DNA of 64,000 bases from an uncultured Rickettsiales bacterium (lineage in GTDB: Bacteria; Myxococcota_A; UBA796; UBA9615). This document shows positions 40,653-51,107 of this stretch, piece by piece. The stretch lies in assembly GCA_964490445.1 (NCBI GenBank), contig CAZBDA010000011.1, forward strand, positions 2,252 through 66,251, written 5' to 3'. Made by a program: the position numbers and the translations under genes. Within the stretch, counting starts at the first letter, position 1, and each line of letters opens with the position of its first letter. The notes below the pieces were generated by a model. That model had not been told where the DNA came from and did no database searches. It saw nothing but the letters and a program-made list of their open reading frames with translations.

Positions 40653-41717
40653 ATGCCGACCGCAATCCTGGGTCCGCTACTCCTGGCTGCCGCCGGTGCC
40701 GCCGCGGCTACGCTGCTGGGTTGGCGCCTCGCGCTCTGGCAACGGCGACGCCTGGATGCCCGTGCGGCCCGTCACGCGGCACACCACGAGAGCGGGCGCT
40801 GGCTTCCCGACGGAGCCATGGGGGGAGCTCGCGGCGGTCTATCGGCAGAAATGCTCGCCCAGGTACGGCGCCTGCACATCACCACCGCCCACCAGGTAAA
40901 CGACCTGATGGCAGGAGAGTACTCCTCGGTCTTCAAAGGACGCGGCATGGAGTTCGAGGAAGTGCGCGAGTACGTGCCCGGCGACGACATCCGTACCATT
41001 GACTGGAACGTCACGGCACGGATGCAGACCCCCTACGTCAAGGAATTCCGCGAGGAGCGGGAGCTGGTCGTAATGATCCTGGTCGACATCTCCCGCTCGG
41101 GCGATTTCGGCACCACCGGCCGGCTCAAGAACGAGTTGGCAGCAGAGCTTGCCGCGACCCTTGCCTTCGCCGCGACCCGCAACAACGACAAGGTCGGTCT
41201 GCTCCTGTTCACCGATCGTGTCGAACGCTTCCTGCCCCCCAAGAAGGGGCGTGGCCACGTCTGGCGGGTAATCCGAGAGATTCTCGACTGCCAGCGCGAA
41301 GGCCAGGGAACTGACCTGGGCGAAGCGCTGTCCTTCCTGAACCGGGTAGTTCGGCGCAAAGCAGTGGTCTTCCTGGTCTCGGACTTCCTGGTCGAAGAGG
41401 ACTTCGAGACCCCTCTGCGAATCGCCAACCGACGCCATGACCTGGTGGTGTTCCGCATCACCGACCCGCGCGAACACAGCCTGCCCGACGTGGGTTTCGT
41501 CGCAGTAGAAGACGCCGAAGATGGCCGCCGAGCCTGGTTGGACACCAGCTCATCGAGAGTACGCAGTTCCTTTGCCGAAGAAGCCGTGCGCAGGTCACAG
41601 CAATTGAAGACGCGATTGAAGCGCCTGAAGGTCGACCTCGTGGAACTCTCGACCAGTGAAGACGTAGCACCACCGCTGACCCGTTACTTCCGGCAGCGGG
41701 AGCGGAGGATGCTGTGA
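40653..41717 (+). CDS. DUF58 domain protein (possible N-terminal TM extension)
   Basis: FKGRGMEFEEVREYVPGDDIRTIDWNVTAR, DISRSG, VSDF. Start could be later (MLAQVRRL). Confidence 0.92.
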   Translation: MPTAILGPLLLAAAGAAAATLLGWRLALWQRRRLDARAARHAAHHESGRWLPDGAMGGARGGLSAEMLAQVRRLHITTAHQVNDLMAGEYSSVFKGRGMEFEEVREYVPGDDIRTIDWNVTARMQTPYVKEFREERELVVMILVDISRSGDFGTTGRLKNELAAELAATLAFAATRNNDKVGLLLFTDRVERFLPPKKGRGHVWRVIREILDCQREGQGTDLGEALSFLNRVVRRKAVVFLVSDFLVEEDFETPLRIANRRHDLVVFRITDPREHSLPDVGFVAVEDAEDGRRAWLDTSSSRVRSSFAEEAVRRSQQLKTRLKRLKVDLVELSTSEDVAPPLTRYFRQRERRML

Positions 41718-42676
41718 TTCGTGCGGCCTCCACGTGGCTGCTGCTGCACTCGCTGCTGGTGGGCTGCGGGCAGGATGCACCTGCCACCGAGAGCGAGCCG
41801 GTGATCGTAACGGCACTGGTCGAGCGGGCCCAGGTCACCCCGGGGCGCCCCTTCGAACTCAGCGTCGAGGTGGACCGCCGCGAGGACGTCGCGTTCGAGG
41901 TCCCCGATGTCGGTGCCGGGATCAAGGGCCTGGTGATCATGGATATGCGCGAGGAAGGCCCCGAAACCGGAGGCGGAAGAGTCCTGACCCGCACCATCTA
42001 CAAGCTCAAGGCACCCCTCAGCGGCACTTACCTGGTGCCCGGCGTAGAGGGAGCCTGGAGCAGCGCTGATGGTGGCCGCGGCACGGCCGGCAGCGGACCC
42101 ATCTTGATCGAAGCGGCCCACGTCGCAGGCGAGGAAGGCTCGATCCATGGCGAGTTACGTGACCTGAAGCCTGCCCTCAAGCCGGCAATCAATACGACGC
42201 CACTGATCGTTGCCGGCGTGCTGGCCGCAATCCTGTTGCTGGCTCTCCTGGTGGCTGTCCGGCTAAGCCGCCGTGAGGCGGTCCAACGGACCAGGCCACC
42301 CCGCGAAGTTGCCCTCGAGGAGCTTCGTACACTGCGCCGCTCGGGCCTGATGACGGCGGCGGATCAGGGGCCATTCGCGTACCAGCTGTCCGCCATCTTG
42401 CGCCGCTACCTCGAAGCTGTGTTCGGCTTCCCAGCCTGGCGAATGACGACCGCTGAGTTGTTGCGGGCGATGCCCCCGGAACTGCTGCAGCGGCGAAAAC
42501 TGGAGCAATCCATTCGCTACGTCCTCGAGGCCAGTGACCTGGTCAAGTTCGCGGGCGAGCGGGTGCCGCAAGAGACGCTGGGCAGTTGGCTCCAAGATGC
42601 CACGACAGTCGTTCACGACACCGCACCGAGCAGTGGAGAAACGCAGGAGACGAGCGCAGCGGAGGCCGGACTATGA
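41714..42676 (+). CDS. Bat-operon membrane lipoprotein (BatD-like/DUF4381-like)
   Basis: Lipobox LVGC; LSAILRRYLE..FG..A..MTT.E; ASDLVKFA. Confidence 0.7.
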   Translation: MIRAASTWLLLHSLLVGCGQDAPATESEPVIVTALVERAQVTPGRPFELSVEVDRREDVAFEVPDVGAGIKGLVIMDMREEGPETGGGRVLTRTIYKLKAPLSGTYLVPGVEGAWSSADGGRGTAGSGPILIEAAHVAGEEGSIHGELRDLKPALKPAINTTPLIVAGVLAAILLLALLVAVRLSRREAVQRTRPPREVALEELRTLRRSGLMTAADQGPFAYQLSAILRRYLEAVFGFPAWRMTTAELLRAMPPELLQRRKLEQSIRYVLEASDLVKFAGERVPQETLGSWLQDATTVVHDTAPSSGETQETSAAEAGL

Positions 42677-43689
42677 GTGGTTGGAGTGCCTGGCGCTTTG
42701 CCTCCCCGCTGTACTTCACGCTGGTCGTGCTGTTGGTGCCGATTGTCTACGCCACGCTGGTGGGGGCGAGCCAGGGCCGGGTTCGGTTTTCGGCGCTGGC
42801 GCTGGTGCGGGCCACCCAAGGTGGGCGACATCGCCTGTTCCGCGTGTTGCCGCTGGCACTTCGCTGCCTGGGCGTGTTCTTCCTGGTGCTGGCTCTGGCC
42901 CGTCCACAGGGGGGCAACGTAACGCGAGAGGTCACCTCGGAGGGCACCGACATCATGCTGGTCGCCGACACATCGGGCTCCATGGAGGCAATGGACTTCA
43001 CCCTCGGCGGCAAACGAGCGACCCGACTCGACGTCAGCAAGAAGGTGATCCGCGACTTCATCTCTGAACGAGCGAACGACCGCATCGGACTGCTGGTGTT
43101 CGGCGAAGAGGCCTTCATTCAGTGCCCCAACACCATCGACTACGGCGTGCTGGTGAACACGCTGGAGGCGGTGAAGCTGAAGATGGCCGGTGACGGAACC
43201 GCGATCGGCACCGCCATTGGCGTCGGAGTCCAGCGCCTAAAAGACCTGCCCGGCCGGGCGAAGATCATGATCCTGTTGACCGATGGCGAGAACACCACGG
43301 GCATCCTGGAGCCACTCCAGGCGGCGCGTGCGGCGGCCACCTACGGCATCAAGATCTACACGATTGGCGTCGGTACCCAAGGTGAGGCGCCCTTCCTGGT
43401 TCCCGGCCTTCTCGGCATGGGCAAGCGCTTCCACTACCAGAAGGTGAGCCTGGACGAAGACAGCCTGAAAGCAATCGCGGAGGCCACCGACGCTCGCTAC
43501 TTCCGAGCGACGTCGACCGAGAAGCTCCAGGAGATCTATGCACTCATCGATCAACTGGAGAAGACCGAGGTCAAGGTCCGCGAGTTCACGGACTACCACG
43601 AGTTGTACAGCCTGGCCCTCTGGCCGGCCCTGCTGCTGCTCTTGCTGGAGCAGCTACTGCGTGCCACCTGGCTGAGGAGTCTGCCGTGA
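42673..43689 (+). CDS. batA: VWA-domain membrane protein BatA
   Basis: N-terminal BatA TM region, LALARPQ, DTSGSM MIDAS, LLTDGENT, KIYTIGVG. Confidence 0.88.
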   Translation: MSGWSAWRFASPLYFTLVVLLVPIVYATLVGASQGRVRFSALALVRATQGGRHRLFRVLPLALRCLGVFFLVLALARPQGGNVTREVTSEGTDIMLVADTSGSMEAMDFTLGGKRATRLDVSKKVIRDFISERANDRIGLLVFGEEAFIQCPNTIDYGVLVNTLEAVKLKMAGDGTAIGTAIGVGVQRLKDLPGRAKIMILLTDGENTTGILEPLQAARAAATYGIKIYTIGVGTQGEAPFLVPGLLGMGKRFHYQKVSLDEDSLKAIAEATDARYFRATSTEKLQEIYALIDQLEKTEVKVREFTDYHELYSLALWPALLLLLLEQLLRATWLRSLP

Positions 43690-45701
43690 GCGGCGACAAC
43701 GCCATACACTTCTCTGACGGGCAGTTGCTCTGGCTGCTCTGGCTGCTGCCGCTGCTGGCCGGACTGTCCCTGGTGGCGGCCCGCAAGCGCAGAGACGCCC
43801 TGGCTCGCTTCGCCGAGGAAGACCTGGTGAAGCATCTTCTGCCGCGACCCTCGCCGATGCGCGCCGCGGTTCGCCCAATCTTGATTGGCGCAGCGTTGCT
43901 CTGCCTCGTGGTCGCCGCAGCCGGGCCGCGCTGGGGATTCCAGTGGGAAGAGGTCCATCGCACGGGAGTCGACGTAGTGGTCGCCCTGGACCTGAGCCGG
44001 TCCATGCTCGCCGAAGACGCCAAGCCAAACCGCCTGGTCGTCGCGAAGCGGGAAATCCGCGATCTCCTCGCTCTGCTGCAGGGCGATAGGATCGGCCTGG
44101 TTGCCTTCGCGGGGACCTCTTTCATTCAGTGTCCCCTGACCCTGGACTACGGCGCCTTCGAGGTGTTCCTCGAACCGATGGACCCGAACTGGGTCCCGGT
44201 CGGCGGCACCGACCTCGCTGCGGCAGTGCGATCGGCAATCGAGGCCTTCCCCACGGACGTTCGCAGCGGCCGCGCCATGCTGCTCATCACCGACGGCGAG
44301 GACCACAGCGGCGAGTTGCAAGATGCCGCTGCAGAGGCAAAAGCCGAAGGAGTCCACATCTTCGTGGTCGGCATCGGTGAGCCCCAGGGCGCACCGGTAC
44401 CTGACGGACGCGGCGGCTTCATCAAGGAAAAGGGCAGCGTCGTTCTGACCCGGCTCGATGAGGGTGCACTCAAAGAGCTCGCGCTGACTACCGGCGGGAC
44501 CTACGTGCGCAGCGCTGCCGGCGACCTCGACCTGCGCAAGATCTACCTCGACGACATCAAGGGCACGCTCGAGGCCCGAGAACTCAGCAGTTCGAGGCAG
44601 CGACGCTGGGAGGAGCGCTACCAGTTCGCCCTGATGCCCGCGCTCCTGCTGCTGGTGCTCGAGAGCCTGCTGGGTCCACCCCGTCGTCGAGAACGGCGAC
44701 GACGGGACCGCGGCCACGGCGCCGGACGAGCCGCAGTGCTGCTTGTTGGCTCACTGTTGTACATCCTCGTGACACCTGGTTCGGCAATGGCAGGCTGGTT
44801 CGGCGACGATGACGAGCCGGTCCGCGCCGGCTACCAGGCCTTCCAGGACGCGAACTACCAGGACGCCCTCGACCAATGGACCACAGCCCAGGTGGCCGAC
44901 CCGAACAACCTGGAGATCGACTACAACATCGGCCAGGCCCACTATCGGCTCGGCAACTTTCCCGAAGCCGAGAAGGCATTTCAGGCAGCGGCAGCCAGCA
45001 ACGTCACCGAGTTCAGTGCGGACGCATCCTTCAACGCGGGCAACGCTGCCTTCCAGCAGGGCCGTTACCCCGAAGCCATCAGCCACTTCGAGCAGTGCCT
45101 GGAGTTACGGCCCGACGACGAAGATGCCGCCGCCAATCGCGACCTCGCCCAAAAGCGCTACGAAGAGCTGCTGGAGCAGGCCAGCAAAGAACAGCAGGAA
45201 CGCGAGCAGCAAGAGCAGGAACAGGAGCAGGAGCAACAGCAGGACGACGACGCGGCCGCAGAGCAGGAACAGCAACCCGGCCAGGAGGCCGAGCCGGGCC
45301 AGGACGGACAACAGCAGAACAAAAAGGAGCAGCAACAGGGTCAGGCCGGCCAGCAGGAAGCCCAGGAGCCGCAAGAGCAGGAGCCGGGCGACGGCGAGGA
45401 AGATGCCAATGCAGAGCAGCCAGAGGAGCCGAGCACCGGAGGCCAGGCCGCTGCAGCCGACATTGACCGCAGCTCGGAGCCCGACAGCGAAGCCGAGCAG
45501 ACAGAGGGGGCGATTGCCGAACAGACCGAGGAGCAGAACGAGCAGGACAGCGGCGAGCAGTCCATAATCGAGGGCGCTCTGTCGCCCGAGCAGGCCGAGG
45601 CCCTGCTGGATCTTCTCGAGGCCGACAAGCGGTCCAGGCGCAAGGAACGAACCAAGCGGGAAGGCCAGCGCGGCCGGCGCGCAGCAAGCAAGGACTGGTA
45701 A
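43686..45701 (+). CDS. BatB-BatC fusion (VWA + TPR + Q/E-rich linker)
   Basis: GPRWG, DLSRSM, ITDGEDH; then YNIGQAHY, FNAGNAAF TPRs; Q/E low-complexity tract; ends SKDW. Confidence 0.85.
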   Translation: MSGDNAIHFSDGQLLWLLWLLPLLAGLSLVAARKRRDALARFAEEDLVKHLLPRPSPMRAAVRPILIGAALLCLVVAAAGPRWGFQWEEVHRTGVDVVVALDLSRSMLAEDAKPNRLVVAKREIRDLLALLQGDRIGLVAFAGTSFIQCPLTLDYGAFEVFLEPMDPNWVPVGGTDLAAAVRSAIEAFPTDVRSGRAMLLITDGEDHSGELQDAAAEAKAEGVHIFVVGIGEPQGAPVPDGRGGFIKEKGSVVLTRLDEGALKELALTTGGTYVRSAAGDLDLRKIYLDDIKGTLEARELSSSRQRRWEERYQFALMPALLLLVLESLLGPPRRRERRRRDRGHGAGRAAVLLVGSLLYILVTPGSAMAGWFGDDDEPVRAGYQAFQDANYQDALDQWTTAQVADPNNLEIDYNIGQAHYRLGNFPEAEKAFQAAAASNVTEFSADASFNAGNAAFQQGRYPEAISHFEQCLELRPDDEDAAANRDLAQKRYEELLEQASKEQQEREQQEQEQEQEQQQDDDAAAEQEQQPGQEAEPGQDGQQQNKKEQQQGQAGQQEAQEPQEQEPGDGEEDANAEQPEEPSTGGQAAAADIDRSSEPDSEAEQTEGAIAEQTEEQNEQDSGEQSIIEGALSPEQAEALLDLLEADKRSRRKERTKREGQRGRRAASKDW

Positions 45702-47479
45702 TGAGAGGACCACTCAGCAGCACTGCCATTGCATCGCTGTGTGCCGTTCTTGTGGTCCTTTGCGCTGCCGGCACGGCACGCGCCGCCTCCCTGAGTATGA
45801 CTGCCAACTCGACCTCGCTGAGCGTCGGCAGCAGCACACAGATCCACATCGAAGTCCAAGGCGGTCGAATCGACACCGCGCCGAGGCTGGTGCAAAGCGA
45901 TGGCTTCGACGTGGAGATGGCGGGACGAAGCTCGAGCTTCACGATGAGCCAGGGCCGGGTCAGCCAGCAAACCACCTACACCTTCTCGATCCTCGCACGC
46001 AGCCCCGGAACCCACACGCTGGGGCCCGCCGAGGCGGTGGTCGATGGCAAGCGGGTGCTCAGTCAACCATTGCAGATCGAGGTGCGGGAAGCAGGGACTC
46101 GTCCCGGCGGAGGTTCCGCTTCGGGAAGCGCCGACAGCACCGACAGCGCCGACAGCGCCGTCAGTGGCGGCGACGTACGTTGGTTCGCACAAGCAGTGGT
46201 CACAGACGACCGTCCTTTTGTAGGCGAGAGCATCGCCTACTCCCTGGACATTGGAAACGCCGTGCCGGTCCGCGGTACCAGCTGGGACCGGCCCGACTGG
46301 GGCACGTTGACCCCCGCACCGGGGGTCGAGCCGGAGCAATCCGAACAACTCGACATCATCGATGGTCGACGCTACGAGGTCACCACCTTGTTGATGCCGT
46401 TGTTTGCCCTCGAAGCAGGGGCGACGACGATTCAGCCGTCGGTACTCGAGGTGACCGTCCCCCAGCGCTCCAGGTCACTGTTCGACCTGGGAGCCGGACG
46501 TAAGTTCCAGTTCGCATCGAACGCCCTGGAGTTGACGGTTCGCCCCTTGCCAGAACTCGGCAAACCGGACGACTTCAGCGGCGCCGTAGGACGCTTCCAG
46601 TTGTCGGGGAGCATCGACCGGAACCGCTTGAATGCGGGCGAAACAGCCACGCTGGTGTTGAAGCTGAACGGACGCGGGGCTCTGCACAAGCCGAAGATCA
46701 ACCTGGAATTGCCTGATTCGGTGCGCCGCTACAGCGAGCAGCCCCAGCGCAACACGAAGCTGGTCTCCCGTGCGCTGCGCACCGATGTCACCTTCCGCGA
46801 GGCCCTCGTGCCGCTGCAACCCGGCACAATCACAATCCCGCCGGTCAGCTTCTCGTACTTCGACCCTTCCGAGGAGGTGTACCGCACGGTCAGGACCAAG
46901 CCCATCACTCTGCATGTCGGCGGAACCGCCGTGGTGGATCCAGCAGTCGTCGCGCGTTCCTCGCAACTGGGAAGGGCCAAGGAGCAAGTCGAAATCCTCA
47001 ACGACCTGGTCAGCCTGCACAGCGAGGAAGACGTGCGCGGCGACCAGCGGCTGACAATTTCTTCGGCGGCCATCCTGCTCGCACTGCTTCTGCCGTTGTT
47101 CGGTTTCTCCTCGGTCGCAACAGTAATGACACGACGGCGACGCAGTGGAACATCCGCGGGTCAGGCCCGCGCCCGGGCGAAGGCAGCCAGGGAGGCCCAC
47201 AAGGTGCTACAGCGGGCAGAAAAGAACGACGACCTGGAGGCCGCTGAGTCGGCCTGGCGCTGCTACCTCACCGCACGGCTGAATCGATCCGGAGATGCCC
47301 TCTCCCCAGGGGACGCGCAGGCTGTGCTGGACGAAGCTGATTGCCCTGGCGAGCTCGCTGAACAAGCAGCAGGGCTGCTCGAGAGTCTCGAATCGGTGCG
47401 TTACGGCGGCGGCTCCGCCAGCTCCCTGCCAGCCGACCTGGCCCGCTGGTCCCGCGTCGCGGAAAAGGAGTGGAAGTGA
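45701..47479 (+). CDS. batD: BatD family protein
   Basis: Signal peptide, repeated Ig-like units, FSGAVGRFQL, FSYFDP..EVYRT, C-terminal TM. TAATG overlap. Confidence 0.88.
   Translation: MRGPLSSTAIASLCAVLVVLCAAGTARAASLSMTANSTSLSVGSSTQIHIEVQGGRIDTAPRLVQSDGFDVEMAGRSSSFTMSQGRVSQQTTYTFSILARSPGTHTLGPAEAVVDGKRVLSQPLQIEVREAGTRPGGGSASGSADSTDSADSAVSGGDVRWFAQAVVTDDRPFVGESIAYSLDIGNAVPVRGTSWDRPDWGTLTPAPGVEPEQSEQLDIIDGRRYEVTTLLMPLFALEAGATTIQPSVLEVTVPQRSRSLFDLGAGRKFQFASNALELTVRPLPELGKPDDFSGAVGRFQLSGSIDRNRLNAGETATLVLKLNGRGALHKPKINLELPDSVRRYSEQPQRNTKLVSRALRTDVTFREALVPLQPGTITIPPVSFSYFDPSEEVYRTVRTKPITLHVGGTAVVDPAVVARSSQLGRAKEQVEILNDLVSLHSEEDVRGDQRLTISSAAILLALLLPLFGFSSVATVMTRRRRSGTSAGQARARAKAAREAHKVLQRAEKNDDLEAAESAWRCYLTARLNRSGDALSPGDAQAVLDEADCPGELAEQAAGLLESLESVRYGGGSASSLPADLARWSRVAEKEWK
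46131..46166 (+). repeat. In-frame 9-bp tandem repeat in the BatD linker
   Basis: CCGACAGCA CCGACAGCG CCGACAGCG CCGTCAGTG, encoding ADSTDSADSAVS. Confidence 0.75.
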
Positions 47480-48279
47480 GCCGGGGCCTACTACATCTCG
47501 GCGCAGGCCTGTCGGCCCTGGTGGTGACCTTGCTCACCGTCGCAGACGTCTCGTGGGCAGAGGGCGGCGGTGATGCGTCCTCCTACGATTGCCCTGCCCT
47601 TTATGACTCCGGCGAGTACCTGCAGGCAGCAAACTGCTTCGCCAGTCTCGAGGCAGCGGGCAACCACAACGGTCACCTGCTCTATAACCTCGGCAACTCC
47701 TGGCAGCAGGCCGGCAAGACGGGCAAGGCCATCCTTGCCTACCGTCGTGCTCAGCTCTACCTGCCGCGGAATGCCGACCTGCGGGAAAACCTGAAGGCGG
47801 CTCGCGCCAGGGTCCGGGATGACCTGCGACCTCCCGACGAACGCGGGCCGGTGGCACGCACGATTCTCGCACCCTATGACTCGCTGTCCTCAGCGGAACT
47901 GCTGATCCTCGGCACCGTGGCCTGGGCCCTGTTGTTCGGCTTCCTGTCTCTTCGCGCCTGGCGCAGCGAAGCCCTGGTGTGTTTGCCTACCACGCTGTTG
48001 GCACTGGTCGCCATCGCTGGACTGGGTGGGCACCTTGCCCGGTCCTACCAGGTCAGTGGACATCCGATCGCAGTCATTGAGTCAGAAGAGGTGACACTGC
48101 GCTCGGGTCGCAACCTGCGCTCGATGGAGTTGGCACGGCTACACGAAGGCAGCGAACTGATCGTCGTGGAGGAAACTGATGACTGGATCCAGGTCTCTCT
48201 GTCCACGGGTCAACGCGGCTGGTTGCCCCACGACTCTCTGGGCCTTGCTCGCTTCGTTGCAAGTAGCGAAAAGCGATGA
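47476..48279 (+). CDS. batE: BatE family protein (TPR + SH3)
   Basis: LLYNLGNSW, AILAYRRA..PRNADLRENL; C-terminal LHEG...WIQV...GQRGWL. Confidence 0.85.
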   Translation: MSRGLLHLGAGLSALVVTLLTVADVSWAEGGGDASSYDCPALYDSGEYLQAANCFASLEAAGNHNGHLLYNLGNSWQQAGKTGKAILAYRRAQLYLPRNADLRENLKAARARVRDDLRPPDERGPVARTILAPYDSLSSAELLILGTVAWALLFGFLSLRAWRSEALVCLPTTLLALVAIAGLGGHLARSYQVSGHPIAVIESEEVTLRSGRNLRSMELARLHEGSELIVVEETDDWIQVSLSTGQRGWLPHDSLGLARFVASSEKR

Positions 48280-48334
48280 CTGACCAGGAACCGCTGCTAT
48301 GTATACTCGCCCCCGCTCCGAGGAGGTTCTGAAC

Positions 48335-48973
48335 ATGCCCTACAAGCGAATGCTCTCTACTGTTTCGGTCGTCCTGCTGGCCCTCGCCGTGGCAATGCCA
48401 GCGGTCGCCGGCCAGATCAACATGAGGAAAGTCAAGAAGTGGCCGACACTCGACCAGGCCTGGGCGCGAAGCTTCGATGCCTGGATGAGCGACGAGGAAC
48501 TCGCCGTCTTCATCAAGCTCAGGAGCACCGACGAGCGTCGCGACTTCCTCACCCAAGCCGGCTACTTCAAGAAGTGGAAGAAAATCGACGAGGAGATGCT
48601 GCCCCACGTCATCAAGGGGGAGGTGGTCAAGGGCATGAACAAGGACGAGGTCTACATGTGCTGGGACAAGCCCGAGAAGATCCGCAAGGACTTCCGGCGC
48701 GATGCCTATGTCGATGTCCTGAACTACAAGTTCGAGATCGACCGCAAGGGACGCGAGTTCATCATGCGGCAGGACAGCAAGACTGCGTACAAGAACGAGA
48801 TCGTCACCAAGTTCGTCTACATGTACAACGGCAAAGTCTTCAGCATCGTCTACCAGGGCGAGGAAGAGAATGTCATGGACGAGCTTCCCATCGCGGACGA
48901 GCCGGAGCCCCCTGCCGAAGAGCCAGCCGCGCAGCCCCCTGCAGCTGAAGAGGCCGCTAAGCCGGCGCCCTAG
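48335..48973 (+). CDS. Secreted hypothetical protein with GWxTD-like helical segment and BamE/SmpA-like motif
   Basis: Signal peptide; GAGGAGG SD; [15 protein letters not shown]; P/A/E-rich tail. CTGACC-N16-TATACT upstream. Confidence 0.6.
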   Translation: MPYKRMLSTVSVVLLALAVAMPAVAGQINMRKVKKWPTLDQAWARSFDAWMSDEELAVFIKLRSTDERRDFLTQAGYFKKWKKIDEEMLPHVIKGEVVKGMNKDEVYMCWDKPEKIRKDFRRDAYVDVLNYKFEIDRKGREFIMRQDSKTAYKNEIVTKFVYMYNGKVFSIVYQGEEENVMDELPIADEPEPPAEEPAAQPPAAEEAAKPAP

Positions 48974-51054
48974 CCCGGGAGCACCACGAGGACCAGGTCC
49001 CACTCGGCGAGCACACTGCTACCGTCGCCGAGGACCTGCATCGGGAAAACAAACACCTGGTCGGTTGGCGTCTGCGGGACCGCCGCAAACAAGGTCAACT
49101 CGAAGGTCACCGTCGTTCCCACCGTAACCCCCACGGCAACAGATGGACTGATCGCCGTGACAAAGTCATAGGGCGAGTCCTCCACCACCAGGGACAGGTC
49201 GAACTCGGCGGAATTGGCCAAGGCCTCCACGCCGGAGATGACGTTGGCCACCGTCGCCGACGACGTGCCTTGGAAGACCAGGGGCTCGAGGGTTCCGTTG
49301 CTGTCGATGTCGGCAGTGGACCCCGTCTGGATGGCCAGGGCATTCATCTGCGGAATCGGGCTGGTACTTCCGCCGGCCGTGCCCTGGACGCCGATGCCGA
49401 TGAGCTTGGCGCCGATGTCAGCGGCAGCAGCCACCACATCACTCGAGCCGGCAGGGTTTCCGCACATCGGTGGCAGGCCGTAGGTCGCCGGCTGGTCGGC
49501 ATCTCGCATGAAGGTATCTGTGGTGTAGACCAGCACGGGCAGGGCGCCATCGCGGAAGCCAGCCCCACCGAGGTTCCCTGTGCCCGGCGTAAAGGGGTCG
49601 TACACCCCCGGCACATTGCCGTGGAATGCGTCCATCCCCGGACCGGTCGGCACCGAGTGGAACGGGTACACGTCCGTCTGCGAGTCGTAGCCGAAGTTGC
49701 AGTTCAGGTCGTAGCCGAGCCCGGCAGCCGCCTGGTACAGCCCCTCCATGGCCGACTCCGGAAGGTCGCCGCCATTGCGAATGCCCAGGCTCGACAGCGC
49801 GCTGGAGACCATCGTGGTGTTGGTGGTGACCTGCTGCACGAGGCGGTAGGGCTTGTCTTCGGGATAGGTCATGAACAGGCCGTTGTGCCACTGCCAGTAG
49901 CCCAGGTCCGAGTAGACGTAGTCATCGAACTCAGCGACGGCAAAGGCGACATCGGGAATCGTGATGCCGCTTACCACCTGGCCGAAGTTGTTCGCCATTG
50001 CGTTCAGGACGTCCTGCATGCTGCACGTCGTATCGAGCAGGAACAGCACGTCAGCGTGCAGAATCTCGGGGGTAAACGGCACCTGGAGGCTGACCTCGAC
50101 GCGGGGCGGAAGTTCCGCATAGAAGCCGTACTCTTCCTGCCAGACAGTGTGGTCATCGGCGACGGTGGGGTCAGAACCCGCCTCGATCTCCGCCAGGTCG
50201 GTAAAGCCATCCCCATCGGTATCGCGATCGATGCGTGAAGTCTGGTAACCGGCATAGCCCGGTTCCTCGCGATCGGGGATACCGTCATTGTCCGAATCGG
50301 TGTCCTGAAAGTTCGGGGAGCCATCACCATCCGAGTCCAACGGGTTGGCAGGGTCGCTGCCGATCTCGTCTTCATCGAGGATGCCGTCGCCGTCGGAATC
50401 CTCATCCCGGTAGCTGGGGATACCGTCGCCATCGAGGTCGGTGACGCCCTCGACCGAGTCATCGATGCCATCGCCATCCGAGTCGCTGTCGAGATGATCG
50501 GGAACGCCGTCTCCATCGCTGTCCAGCGGCGCACCAGGCGTCTCGCCGATCTCCTCCGAGTCCAGGATGCCGTCGCCATCGTTGTCCGGATCGATGAAAT
50601 CCGGCACTCCATCTCCATCGCTGTCCACGTTGCTCTCGACGGCATCAGGCAAGCCGTTGCCATCACTGTCCTGGTCGAGAAAGTCGGGCACCCCATCGGA
50701 GTCGGAATCGACCGGCGGGGTGTTGGGATCGCCGTCGCCAGCCTCGTCCTCGTCGCTGATCCCGTCACCGTCGGAGTCGTCGTCCTCCATGTTGGCGAGT
50801 CCGTCGCCGTCTATGTCCGCCGACCCTTCGTCCTGGTCGGAGATCGTGTCGCCGTCCGCGTCCGCGAGGCCCTCACTGGTGGTGTCGTCGTCGTCGTCGC
50901 CCAGCACAGCACTGTCATCATCGTCACCGAACACAACGGCACTGTCGTCATCATCATCGGGCTCACTGCCGAGGGGGCCGGTGTAGCAGGCAGCACTGCC
51001 CAGGGCGCTGAGGCCGAAGAACAGGAAGACCGTGGTGCGGAAAGGGACTGGCAT
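48970..51054 (-). CDS. Lipoprotein with thrombospondin type-3-like Ca-binding repeats and a VWA domain
   Basis: Lipobox SAAC; poly-Asp tracts; many DxDGDG repeats; [17 protein letters not shown]-like motif; GGDLPES. Confidence 0.8.
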   Translation of the reverse strand: MPVPFRTTVFLFFGLSALGSAACYTGPLGSEPDDDDDSAVVFGDDDDSAVLGDDDDDTTSEGLADADGDTISDQDEGSADIDGDGLANMEDDDSDGDGISDEDEAGDGDPNTPPVDSDSDGVPDFLDQDSDGNGLPDAVESNVDSDGDGVPDFIDPDNDGDGILDSEEIGETPGAPLDSDGDGVPDHLDSDSDGDGIDDSVEGVTDLDGDGIPSYRDEDSDGDGILDEDEIGSDPANPLDSDGDGSPNFQDTDSDNDGIPDREEPGYAGYQTSRIDRDTDGDGFTDLAEIEAGSDPTVADDHTVWQEEYGFYAELPPRVEVSLQVPFTPEILHADVLFLLDTTCSMQDVLNAMANNFGQVVSGITIPDVAFAVAEFDDYVYSDLGYWQWHNGLFMTYPEDKPYRLVQQVTTNTTMVSSALSSLGIRNGGDLPESAMEGLYQAAAGLGYDLNCNFGYDSQTDVYPFHSVPTGPGMDAFHGNVPGVYDPFTPGTGNLGGAGFRDGALPVLVYTTDTFMRDADQPATYGLPPMCGNPAGSSDVVAAAADIGAKLIGIGVQGTAGGSTSPIPQMNALAIQTGSTADIDSNGTLEPLVFQGTSSATVANVISGVEALANSAEFDLSLVVEDSPYDFVTAISPSVAVGVTVGTTVTFELTLFAAVPQTPTDQVFVFPMQVLGDGSSVLAEWDLVLVVLPG

Positions 51055-51107
51055 AGTTGCTTCGCGGGTCACGATAGCGCCGAGCGCATCGCAGTGGGAG
51101 GGACTAT

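Noticed and set aside
45180-45550. CAG/GAG-rich stretch considered as a satellite or contingency locus
   Set aside because: Encodes the Q/E-rich BatC linker in frame; imperfect, and typical of BatC.
50180-50960. Regularly spaced DNA repeats considered as a CRISPR array
   Set aside because: They are in-frame DxDGDG/poly-Asp protein repeats with synonymous variation; no repeat-spacer structure and no cas genes.
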